Assembly (NCBI GenBank): GCA_004297735.1
Contig: SCTI01000002.1
Location: forward strand, 160 to 64,159
Length of the DNA: 64,000 nt
Reading direction: 5' to 3'
From: Patescibacteria group bacterium
Lineage (GTDB): Bacteria > Patescibacteriota > Saccharimonadia > UBA4664 > SCTI01
A program made the position numbers and the translations under genes. Below are positions 35,582 to 44,580 of the stretch, in pieces. The notes under the pieces were generated by a model. It made no database searches. It was not told the origin of the DNA and worked only from the letters and a program-made list of their open reading frames with translations. How positions within the stretch are numbered: the stretch's first letter is position 1; every line of letters starts with the position of its first letter.

Positions 35582-36635
35582 AGGTCACCACGACCATTAA
35601 GGCGATTAAAGCGGCAAAACCAATGGTATGTACGGTAGCCTCAAAGCGTTCCGACAGCCGTCGGCGGGTAAGCTTTTGGGCAGCGATTAAGGTCCAGCGC
35701 CCACCGTCTAGGGCGGGCAGCGGTAGAGAGTTTAGCACCGCTAACGATACCGAGATTGAGGCGACAAACAACAGTACGTACGACACTCCAAAGTAAGCCA
35801 TGTTGGCCAAAATCGACACAATTCCAACCGGACCGGCTACCTGCTGACTCACCTGCCCCTGCGTTAGCAAGCCGGCTACCAAACCACCAAAAGCCGCCAG
35901 TGTAGCCCACACCATCTGGGCGGTCAAACCGGCCGCGGTGATTACCGCGTCTACCGGACGATACTGTAGCTTGTAGGTTTGAATTGGTGTGACTCCAAGT
36001 TGGCCCTGTTTTTCGTCAGCGCCACGCAAAGTAGTTGTAATGGTGCGAGTGCCCTGGTCACCTGCAACCTCAAAGCTAACCGTTTGGCCGGCCTGAGCCT
36101 TGGTGAAATCAAGCAACTGCTGCTCCGATTCCAGGGGCTGGCCGTTGGCGCTTAACACCACCTCTCCCCGCTCAATTCCCGCCTTAGCGGCCGGTGAATC
36201 TTTGGCGACCGATACCACCATTACCTGTTTGGGCTGATCGTAGGTTGGTTGGCCAAAGCTAAACTGATTGGCCAGTACCGGTGGCAGCCCACTAATACAT
36301 AGTCCGAGCAAGATGATGTAAGCGGCAACCAAGTTCATGGTGACTCCGGCAAACAAAATCTTGGTCTTTGACCAAAAACTGGCCGCGTTAAAACTGCCAG
36401 CCCCTTGGTCTGCCGTATCCTCACCCTTGAGTTTGACAAATCCGCCCAACGGCAACCAGTTGATTGAATAAACCGTCCGGCCGACTTTTTTGCCAATAGC
36501 GCGGGGCGGGAAACCAAAACCAAACTCCTCTACCTCAACCCCGCTACGCCTGGCCGCCACAAAATGACCCAGCTCGTGCACAAACACCAGTAGTCCAAAA
36601 ATTGCAATTACTAACAGAATAATAAGCAAGCTCAT
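35556..36635 (-). CDS. rseP: Site-2 (RIP) zinc metalloprotease RseP family
   Basis: HELGHF near the N-terminus, a PDZ segment, and a C-terminal NxxPxxxLDG-like NSLPLPALDGG. Confidence 0.88.
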   Translation of the reverse strand: MSLLIILLVIAIFGLLVFVHELGHFVAARRSGVEVEEFGFGFPPRAIGKKVGRTVYSINWLPLGGFVKLKGEDTADQGAGSFNAASFWSKTKILFAGVTMNLVAAYIILLGLCISGLPPVLANQFSFGQPTYDQPKQVMVVSVAKDSPAAKAGIERGEVVLSANGQPLESEQQLLDFTKAQAGQTVSFEVAGDQGTRTITTTLRGADEKQGQLGVTPIQTYKLQYRPVDAVITAAGLTAQMVWATLAAFGGLVAGLLTQGQVSQQVAGPVGIVSILANMAYFGVSYVLLFVASISVSLAVLNSLPLPALDGGRWTLIAAQKLTRRRLSERFEATVHTIGFAALIALMVVVTFVDIQRLN

Positions 36636-36669
36636 CTCCTTCTATTGTAGCTAACTTGACGCCCTAGGG

Positions 36670-37362
36670 CTATACGCCAAAGTTACGTTTACGTTTGGCG
36701 TACTCGGTTAAGGCCGCGTCAAACTCAGCCTCATTAAAGTCGGGCCACATTACATCGCTAAAGTACAGCTCGCTGTAGGCCGACTCCCAAATTAGGTAGT
36801 TGCTTAAGCGCTGCTCTCCCGATGTCCGGATAATTAAATCTGGGTCGGGAATACCGGCAGTTGATAAGTGCTCCCCAAAGCTAGATTCGTCAACCGACTT
36901 TACCCCGCTGGCCAGCAGCTTGTTGACCGCCTCTACAATATCGCGGCGCCCACCGTAGTTAAAACAAATATTAATGGTGCCGCCGCTGTTGTGGCGAGTA
37001 AGTTTTTGCAACTTGTCAAAGCCCTCCAGCAGACCTTCATCAACCCCTTCGCTGGAGCCAATAATATTAATGCGGATGCCTTTATCGTGCAGGCGTTTGC
37101 CCTCTTCTTTTAGGACCCAACCCACCAATTTCATCAAATAACCAACCTCTTCTTCGGTGCGAGACCAGTTTTCGGTCGAAAAAACGTAGCCGGTCACGTA
37201 CTTCACCCCTCGGTCAAAGGCCAAGTCGGCAATTTTGAGCAGGTTTTGGTAACCAGCCTTATGGCCCTCTTTGGTTTCGAGCCCTTTAGCCTTGGCCCAG
37301 CGGCGATTGCCATCTGGAATTACAGCGACATGAGTGGGTGTGGTAGGACTGGTTTGCGACAT
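36670..37362 (-). CDS. uppS: Undecaprenyl-diphosphate synthase
   Basis: IPDGNRRWA and RTSGEQRLSNYLIWESAYSE. Confidence 0.93.
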   Translation of the reverse strand: MSQTSPTTPTHVAVIPDGNRRWAKAKGLETKEGHKAGYQNLLKIADLAFDRGVKYVTGYVFSTENWSRTEEEVGYLMKLVGWVLKEEGKRLHDKGIRINIIGSSEGVDEGLLEGFDKLQKLTRHNSGGTINICFNYGGRRDIVEAVNKLLASGVKSVDESSFGEHLSTAGIPDPDLIIRTSGEQRLSNYLIWESAYSELYFSDVMWPDFNEAEFDAALTEYAKRKRNFGV

Positions 37363-37386
37363 GATTGGTATTATAGCGCGGACGGA

Positions 37387-37947
37387 TTAAACCGTCATGA
37401 GCTCGGCCTCTTTGGCCTTGGCAATATCGGTAATTTTTTGCTTGTACTGGTCAATCTTTTTGTTAAGTGACTGTTCGGCAAACTTCATATCATCCTGAGT
37501 CGCCTGCTTGTCCTTTTCTAGCTTTTTGACCTCATTAAGCACGTCATGGCGAATGTTGCGCAAGCTAATGTTACACTGCTCCACCTTGTTGCCAAGTTCT
37601 TTAACGATCTGGCGGCGGCGCTCCTCGGTCATTGGCGGGACATTCAAGCGCACAGCGTTACCGTCGCTAGCCGGGTTAAGACCCAAAGCCTGGTCCTCGC
37701 GAATGGTCTTTTCGATTACCGCTACCAAGTTCTTATCCCACGGGCTAATGGTGATGGTTTGTGCATCAGGTGTGGTGATGGTGGCTACGGCTTTAAGCGG
37801 CGTCTGCTGACCCCACTGCTCCACCATAATGTTTTCGACCATGCTGGTCTGGGCTCGACCGGTTCGCAAACTGTTGAGTTCATCTTTAAGATGCTCAATC
37901 GCCTTATCCATCCGCCCATCGGCGGCGCTCACCACCTGTGTCACCAT
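37387..37947 (-). CDS. frr: Ribosome recycling factor
   Basis: 186 aa with the typical RRF pattern (LNSLRTGRA, PMTEERR). Confidence 0.93.
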   Translation of the reverse strand: MVTQVVSAADGRMDKAIEHLKDELNSLRTGRAQTSMVENIMVEQWGQQTPLKAVATITTPDAQTITISPWDKNLVAVIEKTIREDQALGLNPASDGNAVRLNVPPMTEERRRQIVKELGNKVEQCNISLRNIRHDVLNEVKKLEKDKQATQDDMKFAEQSLNKKIDQYKQKITDIAKAKEAELMTV

Positions 37948-37948
37948 T

Positions 37949-38539
37949 TTACAGCTCCCCGCCTAGCTCAATGCGCTTAAACTGACGAATCACAATTCGT
38001 TCACCCAGCTTAGACGACAGATCGGTCATCATTTGCTCAATGGTTTGATCGCCATCCTTAATAAATGGCTGCTTGGTTAAACAAACACTTTCGTAAAACT
38101 TAGCCAACTTACCATCAATAATCTTATCGGCAATCTCGGCTGGCTTGCCTTCAACGTCAACCGCAAACACCTCTTTTTCCTTAGCAATCTCTGCCTCTGG
38201 CACACTCTCTGGGTCCAGGTACTGGGGGTTAGCAGCGGCTATCTGTAGCGCCATATTGCGAGCAAACTCCTGAAAGTCCTCGGTGCGAGCCACAAAATCG
38301 GTCTCACAGTTGACCTCAACCAGGACACCAATCTTGCCACCGTGAACGTAACTCGCGATGGTGCCTTCTTTAGCCTCGCGGTCGCCACGCTTGGCCACCC
38401 GGGCGGCACCCTTTTTACGCATGGCGGTTACCGCGGCTTCAAAGTCACCACCGGCTTCAACCAAAGCCTTTTTGGCGTCCATCATGCCGGCGCCGGTTAG
38501 CTCTCGCAGTTTCTTAATATCGGCTACTTCTACGCTCAC
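37949..38539 (-). CDS. tsf: Elongation factor Ts (short form)
   Basis: 196 aa with the UBA-like N-terminus [19 protein letters not shown]. Confidence 0.9.
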   Translation of the reverse strand: MSVEVADIKKLRELTGAGMMDAKKALVEAGGDFEAAVTAMRKKGAARVAKRGDREAKEGTIASYVHGGKIGVLVEVNCETDFVARTEDFQEFARNMALQIAAANPQYLDPESVPEAEIAKEKEVFAVDVEGKPAEIADKIIDGKLAKFYESVCLTKQPFIKDGDQTIEQMMTDLSSKLGERIVIRQFKRIELGGEL

Positions 38540-39285
38540 TTAACCTCTCCTTCTTTTTTGGTATCTTCTTTAGCATCCTCAACCGGAGCCTTTTGGGCAT
38601 GTAGTTTAGCGCCTTCAGCGACGGCGGCAGCGATTCGGCCGGTAATCAACTGAATCGACTTGATCGCATCATCGTTGGCTGCAATTGGGTAGTCGGCCAA
38701 ATCCGGGTTGGCGTTGCTGTCGGCCACACCAATCACGGTTAGACCCAAGTTACGAGCCTCGGCAATGGCAATGTGGTCACGCGTCATGTCGACCACAAAG
38801 ACCGCCTTTGGCAGCTCGTCCATCTTTTTAATACCGCCAAAAATACGCTCCAAATGGTTCTTTTCGTTGGTCAGGTCCAGGACCTCTTTCTTGTTGTACT
38901 TACCAGCAAAGTCACCCGACTCCAAGCCAGCTTCAAGCTCCTTAAGTCGCTCCACGCGACTGCGAATGGTACGGAAGTTGGTCAAAAGACCACCCAGCCA
39001 GCGCTCGGTTACATAAGGCATACCGGCAGCCTCAGCTTCCTTTTTAATAATCGCTTGGGCCTGGCGCTTGGTGCCAACAAATAGCACGCTGCCGCCGTCT
39101 TCGGCAATCTTGCAAGCGGCCTTTTCCGCCTCCTCAAGCTGCTCAGCGGTCTGAGTTAGGTCAATAACGTGAATACCGCTGCGAGCCCCAAAAATGTACG
39201 GGCGCATCTGCGGGTTCCAACGACGAGTCTGGTGGCCAAAATGAGCACCAGCTTCCAATAACTGTTTAATAGTTTGATCTGCCAT
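38536..39285 (-). CDS. rpsB: 30S ribosomal protein S2
   Basis: [17 protein letters not shown] is the S2 signature. Confidence 0.95.
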   Translation of the reverse strand: MADQTIKQLLEAGAHFGHQTRRWNPQMRPYIFGARSGIHVIDLTQTAEQLEEAEKAACKIAEDGGSVLFVGTKRQAQAIIKKEAEAAGMPYVTERWLGGLLTNFRTIRSRVERLKELEAGLESGDFAGKYNKKEVLDLTNEKNHLERIFGGIKKMDELPKAVFVVDMTRDHIAIAEARNLGLTVIGVADSNANPDLADYPIAANDDAIKSIQLITGRIAAAVAEGAKLHAQKAPVEDAKEDTKKEGEVK

Positions 39286-39413
39286 AAATTGTCTCCTTAG
39301 TCTTTGCTTCAGGCGACCGCTGAGTTTTAGGTTCGGCGGAGGATTGATGCCTGAGCTGTAACGTTAATCAATGCAACTTGGTTAGAATACCAGATTTGAG
39401 AGGTTTGGGCAAG

Positions 39414-39989
39414 CTATTGAGCCGGCCGCACCCACATTCGTTCAACCCAACCATTTCTGGGTTCTTCAAACGTATCATCGGTTGAATTAAATCCAAGCTT
39501 TTTGAGGATTTTTACGCTTGGAGCATTACTATCTTCACAAAATGCCACGAACTCTGTTATCTCCATACTAGTCTGAGCCATCTGCATTAAGGCTTGAATT
39601 GAAGCGGTAACGAGGCCCCTGCCCCTCATCGAAGGGTCGAGAAAATAACCAAAACCGATCACGGTTGGGTTGGGCGTTCCGGACATGTAGCCATTGTCCT
39701 GCCATAAGTTGACCCAACCCACCATATTATCTTGCTGCACAAGGGTGTAGCGAAGGATATCAGGCTTACTTTGGCCTCTCCTAATCTCATTGACCACATC
39801 TGCCTCGTTGAGCATTTTGGAGGCCACAGTGACACGGTCGCGTATGCTCGGATCAGCCTCGAGTATTTCAATAGTCCTTTTAGCATCAGATTCCTGTACT
39901 AACCTCAGGTAGACATCATCTTGCACTTGGACTTTTTGTAGTGCCGGAATTTGGTGTAAGTCTCTTGCAATATTTTTTGGCTTTGTCAT
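39414..39989 (-). CDS. GNAT family N-acetyltransferase (RimJ/RimL-like)
   Basis: 191 aa. RGRGLVTASIQALM matches the acetyl-CoA binding motif A. Confidence 0.75.
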   Translation of the reverse strand: MTKPKNIARDLHQIPALQKVQVQDDVYLRLVQESDAKRTIEILEADPSIRDRVTVASKMLNEADVVNEIRRGQSKPDILRYTLVQQDNMVGWVNLWQDNGYMSGTPNPTVIGFGYFLDPSMRGRGLVTASIQALMQMAQTSMEITEFVAFCEDSNAPSVKILKKLGFNSTDDTFEEPRNGWVERMWVRPAQ

Positions 39990-40054
39990 ACCAAAACTAT
40001 ACTATAAATTTTTGAGATCAGAATTCGTTAATATTAGTTGTTTACGATAAATAG

Positions 40055-40152
40055 GCCTGGTGGATACGGTCTCACGACGAGGGGCCGAGCTGGTGCTATA
40101 CTTTGGCTTCGTCACCCGCTGTATTGGGGTTCGATTCCCCATAGCTCCACCA
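40055..40152 (+). ncRNA. tRNA/tmRNA-like small RNA, copy A (non-canonical; encodes CCA)
   Basis: 5' GGGGCCG (40081-40087) faces 3' TAGCTCC-A-CCA (40142-40152) with a G3:U70-type pair. T-arm TGGGG-TTCGATT-CCCCA lies at 40125-40141. A central 7-bp helix (40089-40095 with 40113-40119) carries a 17-nt loop. There is no D-arm and no 7-nt anticodon loop. Leader CCTGGTGGA (40056-40064) is perfectly complementary to TCCACCAGG (40146-40154). A possible -10, ATAAAT, lies at 40047-40052. Confidence 0.5.
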
Positions 40153-40163
40153 GGTTAATAAAC

Positions 40164-40192
40164 AAAAATAGCCGCCCGGAGCGGCTATTTTT
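40164..40192 (+). terminator. Intrinsic terminator 12 nt after RNA A
   Basis: AAAAATAGCCGC-ccgga-GCGGCTATTTTT. Confidence 0.75.
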
Positions 40193-40216
40193 GTAGTCAG
40201 TGTTGTCGGGCCAGTG

Positions 40217-40231
40217 CCACAGCTCCACCAG
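40217..40231 (+). repeat. Displaced copy of the 3' end of RNA A
   Basis: CCACAGCTCCACCAG compared with CCATAGCTCCACCAG at 40139-40153 matches at 14 of 15 positions. This is the pattern left by integration into the 3' end of tRNA/tmRNA genes. Confidence 0.6.
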
Positions 40232-40279
40232 ATACATTCGATACCTTTGTATCGATTTGATTGTAGCGCATTCTACTCC

Positions 40280-40308
40280 TTGACGCCATCCCCTTTTTCA
40301 GGTAAGAT
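40280..40308 (+). promoter_or_regulatory. rpmE promoter giving a near-leaderless mRNA
   Basis: TTGACG (40280-40285), 17 nt, TAAGAT (40303-40308). Only 9 nt separate the -10 from the ATG at 40318, and there is no SD. Confidence 0.5.
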
Positions 40309-40317
40309 GGTCGAGTT

Positions 40318-40713
40318 ATGAAAACCGATATTCATCCGACATTATTCGACACCAAGGTGCACTGCAACGGTTGTGATACCAACTTCACTACTCGCGCCAC
40401 GGTGCCAGAGATCACAGTTGAGATTTGTTCGAACTGTCATCCGTTCTACACCGGCAAGCAAAAGCTGGTGGATACCGCTGGTCGCGTTGAGAAGTTTGAG
40501 GCTCGCCGTAAGGCCGCCGAGGCCAAGAAGGCCGCTAGCTTAAAGGCAGCCGATGTTAAGGCTGAGCGTGAGGCCAAAAAGGCTCAAAAGAACGACCCTG
40601 AGCTTAAGGAAATTGCCGAGGAGCTCAAGGATCAGACCATTGATGAGCCAGCCGAGGTTGATGCTCCGGCTCCAGAAGCTGAGACCGAAAAGACCGATTC
40701 AACCGAATCTTAA
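40318..40713 (+). CDS. rpmE: 50S ribosomal protein L31 (zinc type) with a roughly 60-aa Lys/Glu/Ala-rich C-terminal extension
   Basis: MKTDIHP...CNGCDT...[13 protein letters not shown] is the L31 core. It is followed by [28 protein letters not shown]...[12 protein letters not shown]. Confidence 0.9.
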   Translation: MKTDIHPTLFDTKVHCNGCDTNFTTRATVPEITVEICSNCHPFYTGKQKLVDTAGRVEKFEARRKAAEAKKAASLKAADVKAEREAKKAQKNDPELKEIAEELKDQTIDEPAEVDAPAPEAETEKTDSTES

Positions 40714-40779
40714 ATAATTATTAAACTTAGCAGCACGTTCGTTATTCGGCGTGCTGTTTTGTTATGATGGAGTACAGAT

Positions 40780-41826
40780 ATGGATGCCACCGAGCAAAAA
40801 ACCCGCGAGGAGTACGGTCAGCTAGAACAAAAGCTGATGGATAGCTCGTTGTTTGGTACGCCAGAATACGTAAAAGCGGCTAAGCGTCAGACCGAGCTAA
40901 AGCCCTTGATGGCGCTGTACGATGAGCGACGGCTGGTTGAGGATGATTTAAAGGCGCTGGAAGATCCAGAGATGGCCGAGCTAGCCGCTGGCGAACGGCC
41001 AGGCCTAGAGGCGCGGTTGGCCGAGGTTCAAGACAAGTTAAAGGTAGCTCTGGTGCCCAAAGATCCAAATGACGGCAAAAACGTAATTATTGAGATTAGG
41101 GCCGGGGCCGGCGGTGATGAGTCGACCTTGTTTGGCGCTGAGCTTTTTAGGGCTTACAGCCGCTACGCCGAAGCTCGTGGCTGGAAGGTAGAGGTTGATA
41201 GCGAAAGCCCCAGTGATGTTGGTGGCTACAAAGAGATTGTGTTTGAGATCCGCGGTGACGGTGTCTATGGCGACATGAAGTACGAGTCGGGCGTGCACCG
41301 CGTCCAGCGCGTACCGGCCACCGAATCGCAAGGCCGAGTTCATACCTCGACCATAACCGTTGCGGTACTGCCGGAGGCCGAGGAGACTGAGCTGGCGATC
41401 AACGAGAATGATTTGCGCATCGACGTGTTTCGAAGCGGTGGCCACGGTGGCCAGAGCGTTAACACTACCGACTCGGCGGTGCGTATTACTCACCTACCTA
41501 CCGGCACGGTGGTAACCTGTCAGGACGAAAAGAGTCAGCTTAAAAACAAGCAAAAGGCTATGGGCGTGCTACGCTCTCGCCTGCTGGCCCAAAAGCTTGA
41601 GGCCGAGCAGCGCGAAAACCGCGAGGCGCGCCTGGCTCAGATTGGCACCGGCGATCGTAGCGAAAAGATTCGCACCTATAACTTCCCCCAAGACCGCATT
41701 ACCGATCACCGTATTGGCCGCACCCAGCACGGTCTCCCGCAGTTTATGGCCGGTGAAATTAGCGGCATGATTGAGGCCCTAAAAGCCGAAGATCTTAAAC
41801 GGGCATTAGAAACTGCAGGCCTGTAA
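40780..41826 (+). CDS. prfA: Peptide chain release factor 1
   Basis: PAT tripeptide ([10 protein letters not shown]) and GGQ ([11 protein letters not shown]). Confidence 0.93.
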   Translation: MDATEQKTREEYGQLEQKLMDSSLFGTPEYVKAAKRQTELKPLMALYDERRLVEDDLKALEDPEMAELAAGERPGLEARLAEVQDKLKVALVPKDPNDGKNVIIEIRAGAGGDESTLFGAELFRAYSRYAEARGWKVEVDSESPSDVGGYKEIVFEIRGDGVYGDMKYESGVHRVQRVPATESQGRVHTSTITVAVLPEAEETELAINENDLRIDVFRSGGHGGQSVNTTDSAVRITHLPTGTVVTCQDEKSQLKNKQKAMGVLRSRLLAQKLEAEQRENREARLAQIGTGDRSEKIRTYNFPQDRITDHRIGRTQHGLPQFMAGEISGMIEALKAEDLKRALETAGL

Positions 41827-42632
41827 TGACGGTTGGGCAGCTAATTGAACAAAGCGTTGCGCAGTTAGAGGTCGCCGGGGTTACCGGGGCAAGACTGGAC
41901 GCCCAGCTGCTAATTGCTCATGCGGTCGGGCGCAACCGCGCCTGGGTGATGGCTCACCCGGAGTTTGAGCTAGGCTTAGATCAGCTAGAGCTAGTAAAAG
42001 ACTTGATGCAACGACGTGCTCAGCGTGAGCCGGTCGTTCATTTAACAAACAAGCGTGAATTCTACGGTTTAGAGTTTTACATTAACGCCGATGTGCTCAC
42101 CCCTAGAGCCGAAACCGAACAGATGGTTGAGTGGGCGGTAAAGAGCGCCCCCAAAGACTCCCGCTTAATTGACGTTGGCACCGGTAGTGGCGCGATCGCG
42201 GTGGCGATTGCCAAGCAGCGGCCGGACCTCAAGATTATGGCAACCGATGTTACCGACGAGGCTTTGGCGGTGGCGCGGCAAAATATTGCGGCTCACAAAG
42301 TTCAGGTTGAGCTGGTTAAATCCGACCTATTTGAATCGGTTAAGGGTGAGTTTGATACGGTGGTAACCAACCTGCCCTACCTGCAAGATGACGCCGAACT
42401 GATGCCCGAGGTGCAAAAGGAGCCGGCGGTGGCTCTGCACGGCGGAGCGGACGGCCTTGATCTGTACCGTCGCTTTTTGCAGCAGCTGCCCTCGCACTTA
42501 CGCCCTGGCGGCTATCTGTTTACCGAATGCGACCCCTGGCAGCACGCCGGCTTAATTGAAGCCGCTGCAAATCAGCAGCTTTTACTGCAGCAAGAGGGTT
42601 ATTTTATTTTGGGATTTCAGCTCGCGAGCTAA
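41826..42632 (+). CDS. prmC: Release factor glutamine methyltransferase
   Basis: DVGTGSGAIAV motif I and TNLPY (NPPY-type). Follows prfA. Confidence 0.88.
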   Translation: MTVGQLIEQSVAQLEVAGVTGARLDAQLLIAHAVGRNRAWVMAHPEFELGLDQLELVKDLMQRRAQREPVVHLTNKREFYGLEFYINADVLTPRAETEQMVEWAVKSAPKDSRLIDVGTGSGAIAVAIAKQRPDLKIMATDVTDEALAVARQNIAAHKVQVELVKSDLFESVKGEFDTVVTNLPYLQDDAELMPEVQKEPAVALHGGADGLDLYRRFLQQLPSHLRPGGYLFTECDPWQHAGLIEAAANQQLLLQQEGYFILGFQLAS

Positions 42633-42633
42633 A

Positions 42634-43779
42634 CTACTGCCGAGGCGCCTCACCCAGCGTTACCTCAATTGTCTGCTGCTGGCCATCACGCCACACCGTC
42701 AGCTTAACCTTATCTCCAGGCTTGTAATCGTTAATTAAGGTTGAGAGACTGTGATCTTCATCAATGGTCTTGTTGTTAACCTTAATAATAATGTCGCCCT
42801 CTTTTAATCCGGCCTTAGCGGCGGGACTGTCGGCCGCTATTGCGGGCTGACCCTGACTGCTGGTTAAGTAGGCACCGGCGGTGACCTTAAGGTCGTTACT
42901 GGCGGCAAACTCCTTGGTTACAGGTATGTAGCGCACTCCAATGTAAGCCTTTACTATCTTCCCCTGGGTTTTAACCGTTTCTAGCTGGGCTGCAATTTGG
43001 TTGATGGGAATAGCAAACCCTATACCCTGGGCATTACCCGCCACAGCGGTATTGATACCAATCACCTTACCGGTCAGATCCACCAGCGGACCACCCGAGT
43101 TGCCAGGATTAATGGCGGCATCGGTTTGAAAAAGATTCTGGAGCTGCTCAACCTTGTTGCCCTGCTGATCACCGGCAGCCACCGGGCGCCCTAAGCCCGA
43201 AATGATACCGGTGGTAACGGTGTTTTCAAACTGCCCAAGCGCGTTTCCGATCGCCATAACCTGCGTACCAACCTGAATCTTTGATGAGTCACCTAGCTCA
43301 GCCGCTTTTAGCCCACTGGCTTTGATCCGTAAAAAGGCAGTGTCATTTTGGGCGTCACGCGCCACCACCTGCACATCCTTATACTCCTTACCTTCCGAGG
43401 TAAAAACGGTTAGATTACTGGCACCTTCAATCACATGGTTGTTGGTGATGATCAAGCCATCCGAACTGGCAATAACCCCAGTACCGGCGCCCTGGGTGGT
43501 TTGTGAGGCCCCAAAAAAGCTAAAGCCGGTTGATTCCGAGGTGATCGAGACCACACTCGGTGAGACCTTTTTTGCCACCTCGATCGTGGCCGAACTTTGT
43601 TCTAATAAGATTGACTGTTTGCTAACAGGAATCAAGCCCGGCACCAGCCGAGCCAGTCCAAAAGTGGTTAAAGACCCGCCAATAATGCCGCAGATCAATG
43701 CCACTAGTACAAATCGCCCGGCAAATGGACGGGGCGTTAGCGGATTTGATTTAGTTGGTTTTGCCTCGGTATCTGTCAT
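42634..43779 (-). CDS. HtrA/DegP-family serine protease with PDZ domain
   Basis: TNNHV, D, GNSGGPL catalytic pattern with a C-terminal PDZ and an N-terminal TM. Confidence 0.88.
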   Translation of the reverse strand: MTDTEAKPTKSNPLTPRPFAGRFVLVALICGIIGGSLTTFGLARLVPGLIPVSKQSILLEQSSATIEVAKKVSPSVVSITSESTGFSFFGASQTTQGAGTGVIASSDGLIITNNHVIEGASNLTVFTSEGKEYKDVQVVARDAQNDTAFLRIKASGLKAAELGDSSKIQVGTQVMAIGNALGQFENTVTTGIISGLGRPVAAGDQQGNKVEQLQNLFQTDAAINPGNSGGPLVDLTGKVIGINTAVAGNAQGIGFAIPINQIAAQLETVKTQGKIVKAYIGVRYIPVTKEFAASNDLKVTAGAYLTSSQGQPAIAADSPAAKAGLKEGDIIIKVNNKTIDEDHSLSTLINDYKPGDKVKLTVWRDGQQQTIEVTLGEAPRQ

Positions 43780-43821
43780 CCGATTATACTCCTCTACCCC
43801 TTGAATTAGATTAAGATTTGA

Positions 43822-44580
43822 TTAAATCGTGCCATTCCAGCGAGTGCCAGCAATCACAATTGCCAGCAGCGCCGCGCCAATGGCCACATACTCAATTAGC
43901 CGACTGCGACTTAGTCGCTTAAGGCTGTGAGCGGTGACAATACTAACGAAACAATAACCTATACCCGCTATTATAATAGCGGCTTGCGGCACAATTATAT
44001 AGCCTCCCCCAATATCATAGTTAACCTGCCAGATGTACAACACCCACCCTACCTGAGCGGCTACTAAACCCCAGGTTGCCGCTAAGATATTGGCGGCCTT
44101 TTGTTGAGTCGATTCAAGCAGCCAGCGAGCGTTGGCGTAACTGGCTAACCATAACACCACCAACATAACCGCATCCGGCCAGTGCCAAAAGGCGGTGGCT
44201 AAAAAGATGGCCGAAACCGCTAAAAGCTGGCCCACACCAGCAATCAGCGGGTATAGTCTTGGCTGCTGCCATCGCCATAATATTACCGACCAAGTGGCAT
44301 AAAAGATGGCAAGCGTAAGCTGGCTGGCCACCGGGAATACCGCTTGCCCAACCGGGGGCTGGTTCAACCCGATCAACACCACCACGCTCAGCCCGGCCAG
44401 TATTTCGGGTGTTAACCCAATTAGAGCCCTGTGGCTACGCCCTCGCCGATACCATCGAACTGCTGCTACTACTAGCACCAAAGTGGCGGCCAGCCAAGCA
44501 AAGCCATAGTGGCTTAAGAGCAGCACCGTAATGGCAAGAGCTAGCTGAACGAGAGCGAAAAAAAAGACGGTTAGAGTCAT
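43822..44580 (-). CDS. Hypothetical polytopic membrane protein
   Basis: 252-aa ORF with about 7 hydrophobic segments. Overlaps the LCP gene stop by 4 nt. Confidence 0.55.
   Translation of the reverse strand: MTLTVFFFALVQLALAITVLLLSHYGFAWLAATLVLVVAAVRWYRRGRSHRALIGLTPEILAGLSVVVLIGLNQPPVGQAVFPVASQLTLAIFYATWSVILWRWQQPRLYPLIAGVGQLLAVSAIFLATAFWHWPDAVMLVVLWLASYANARWLLESTQQKAANILAATWGLVAAQVGWVLYIWQVNYDIGGGYIIVPQAAIIIAGIGYCFVSIVTAHSLKRLSRSRLIEYVAIGAALLAIVIAGTRWNGTI

Noticed and set aside
40081-40152. Calling RNA A or RNA B a standard tRNA (Ala or Ile), or a complete or two-piece tmRNA
   Set aside because: Neither RNA has a D-arm. A has no 7-nt anticodon loop between 5-bp stems. B has C instead of U at position 33, and its acceptor overlaps the D-stem-like sequence. 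The available space of about 100-160 nt between flanking genes and terminators cannot hold a tag-encoding tmRNA, and I saw no resume-codon or ALAA-type tag frame. They are therefore reported as tRNA-like ncRNAs only.
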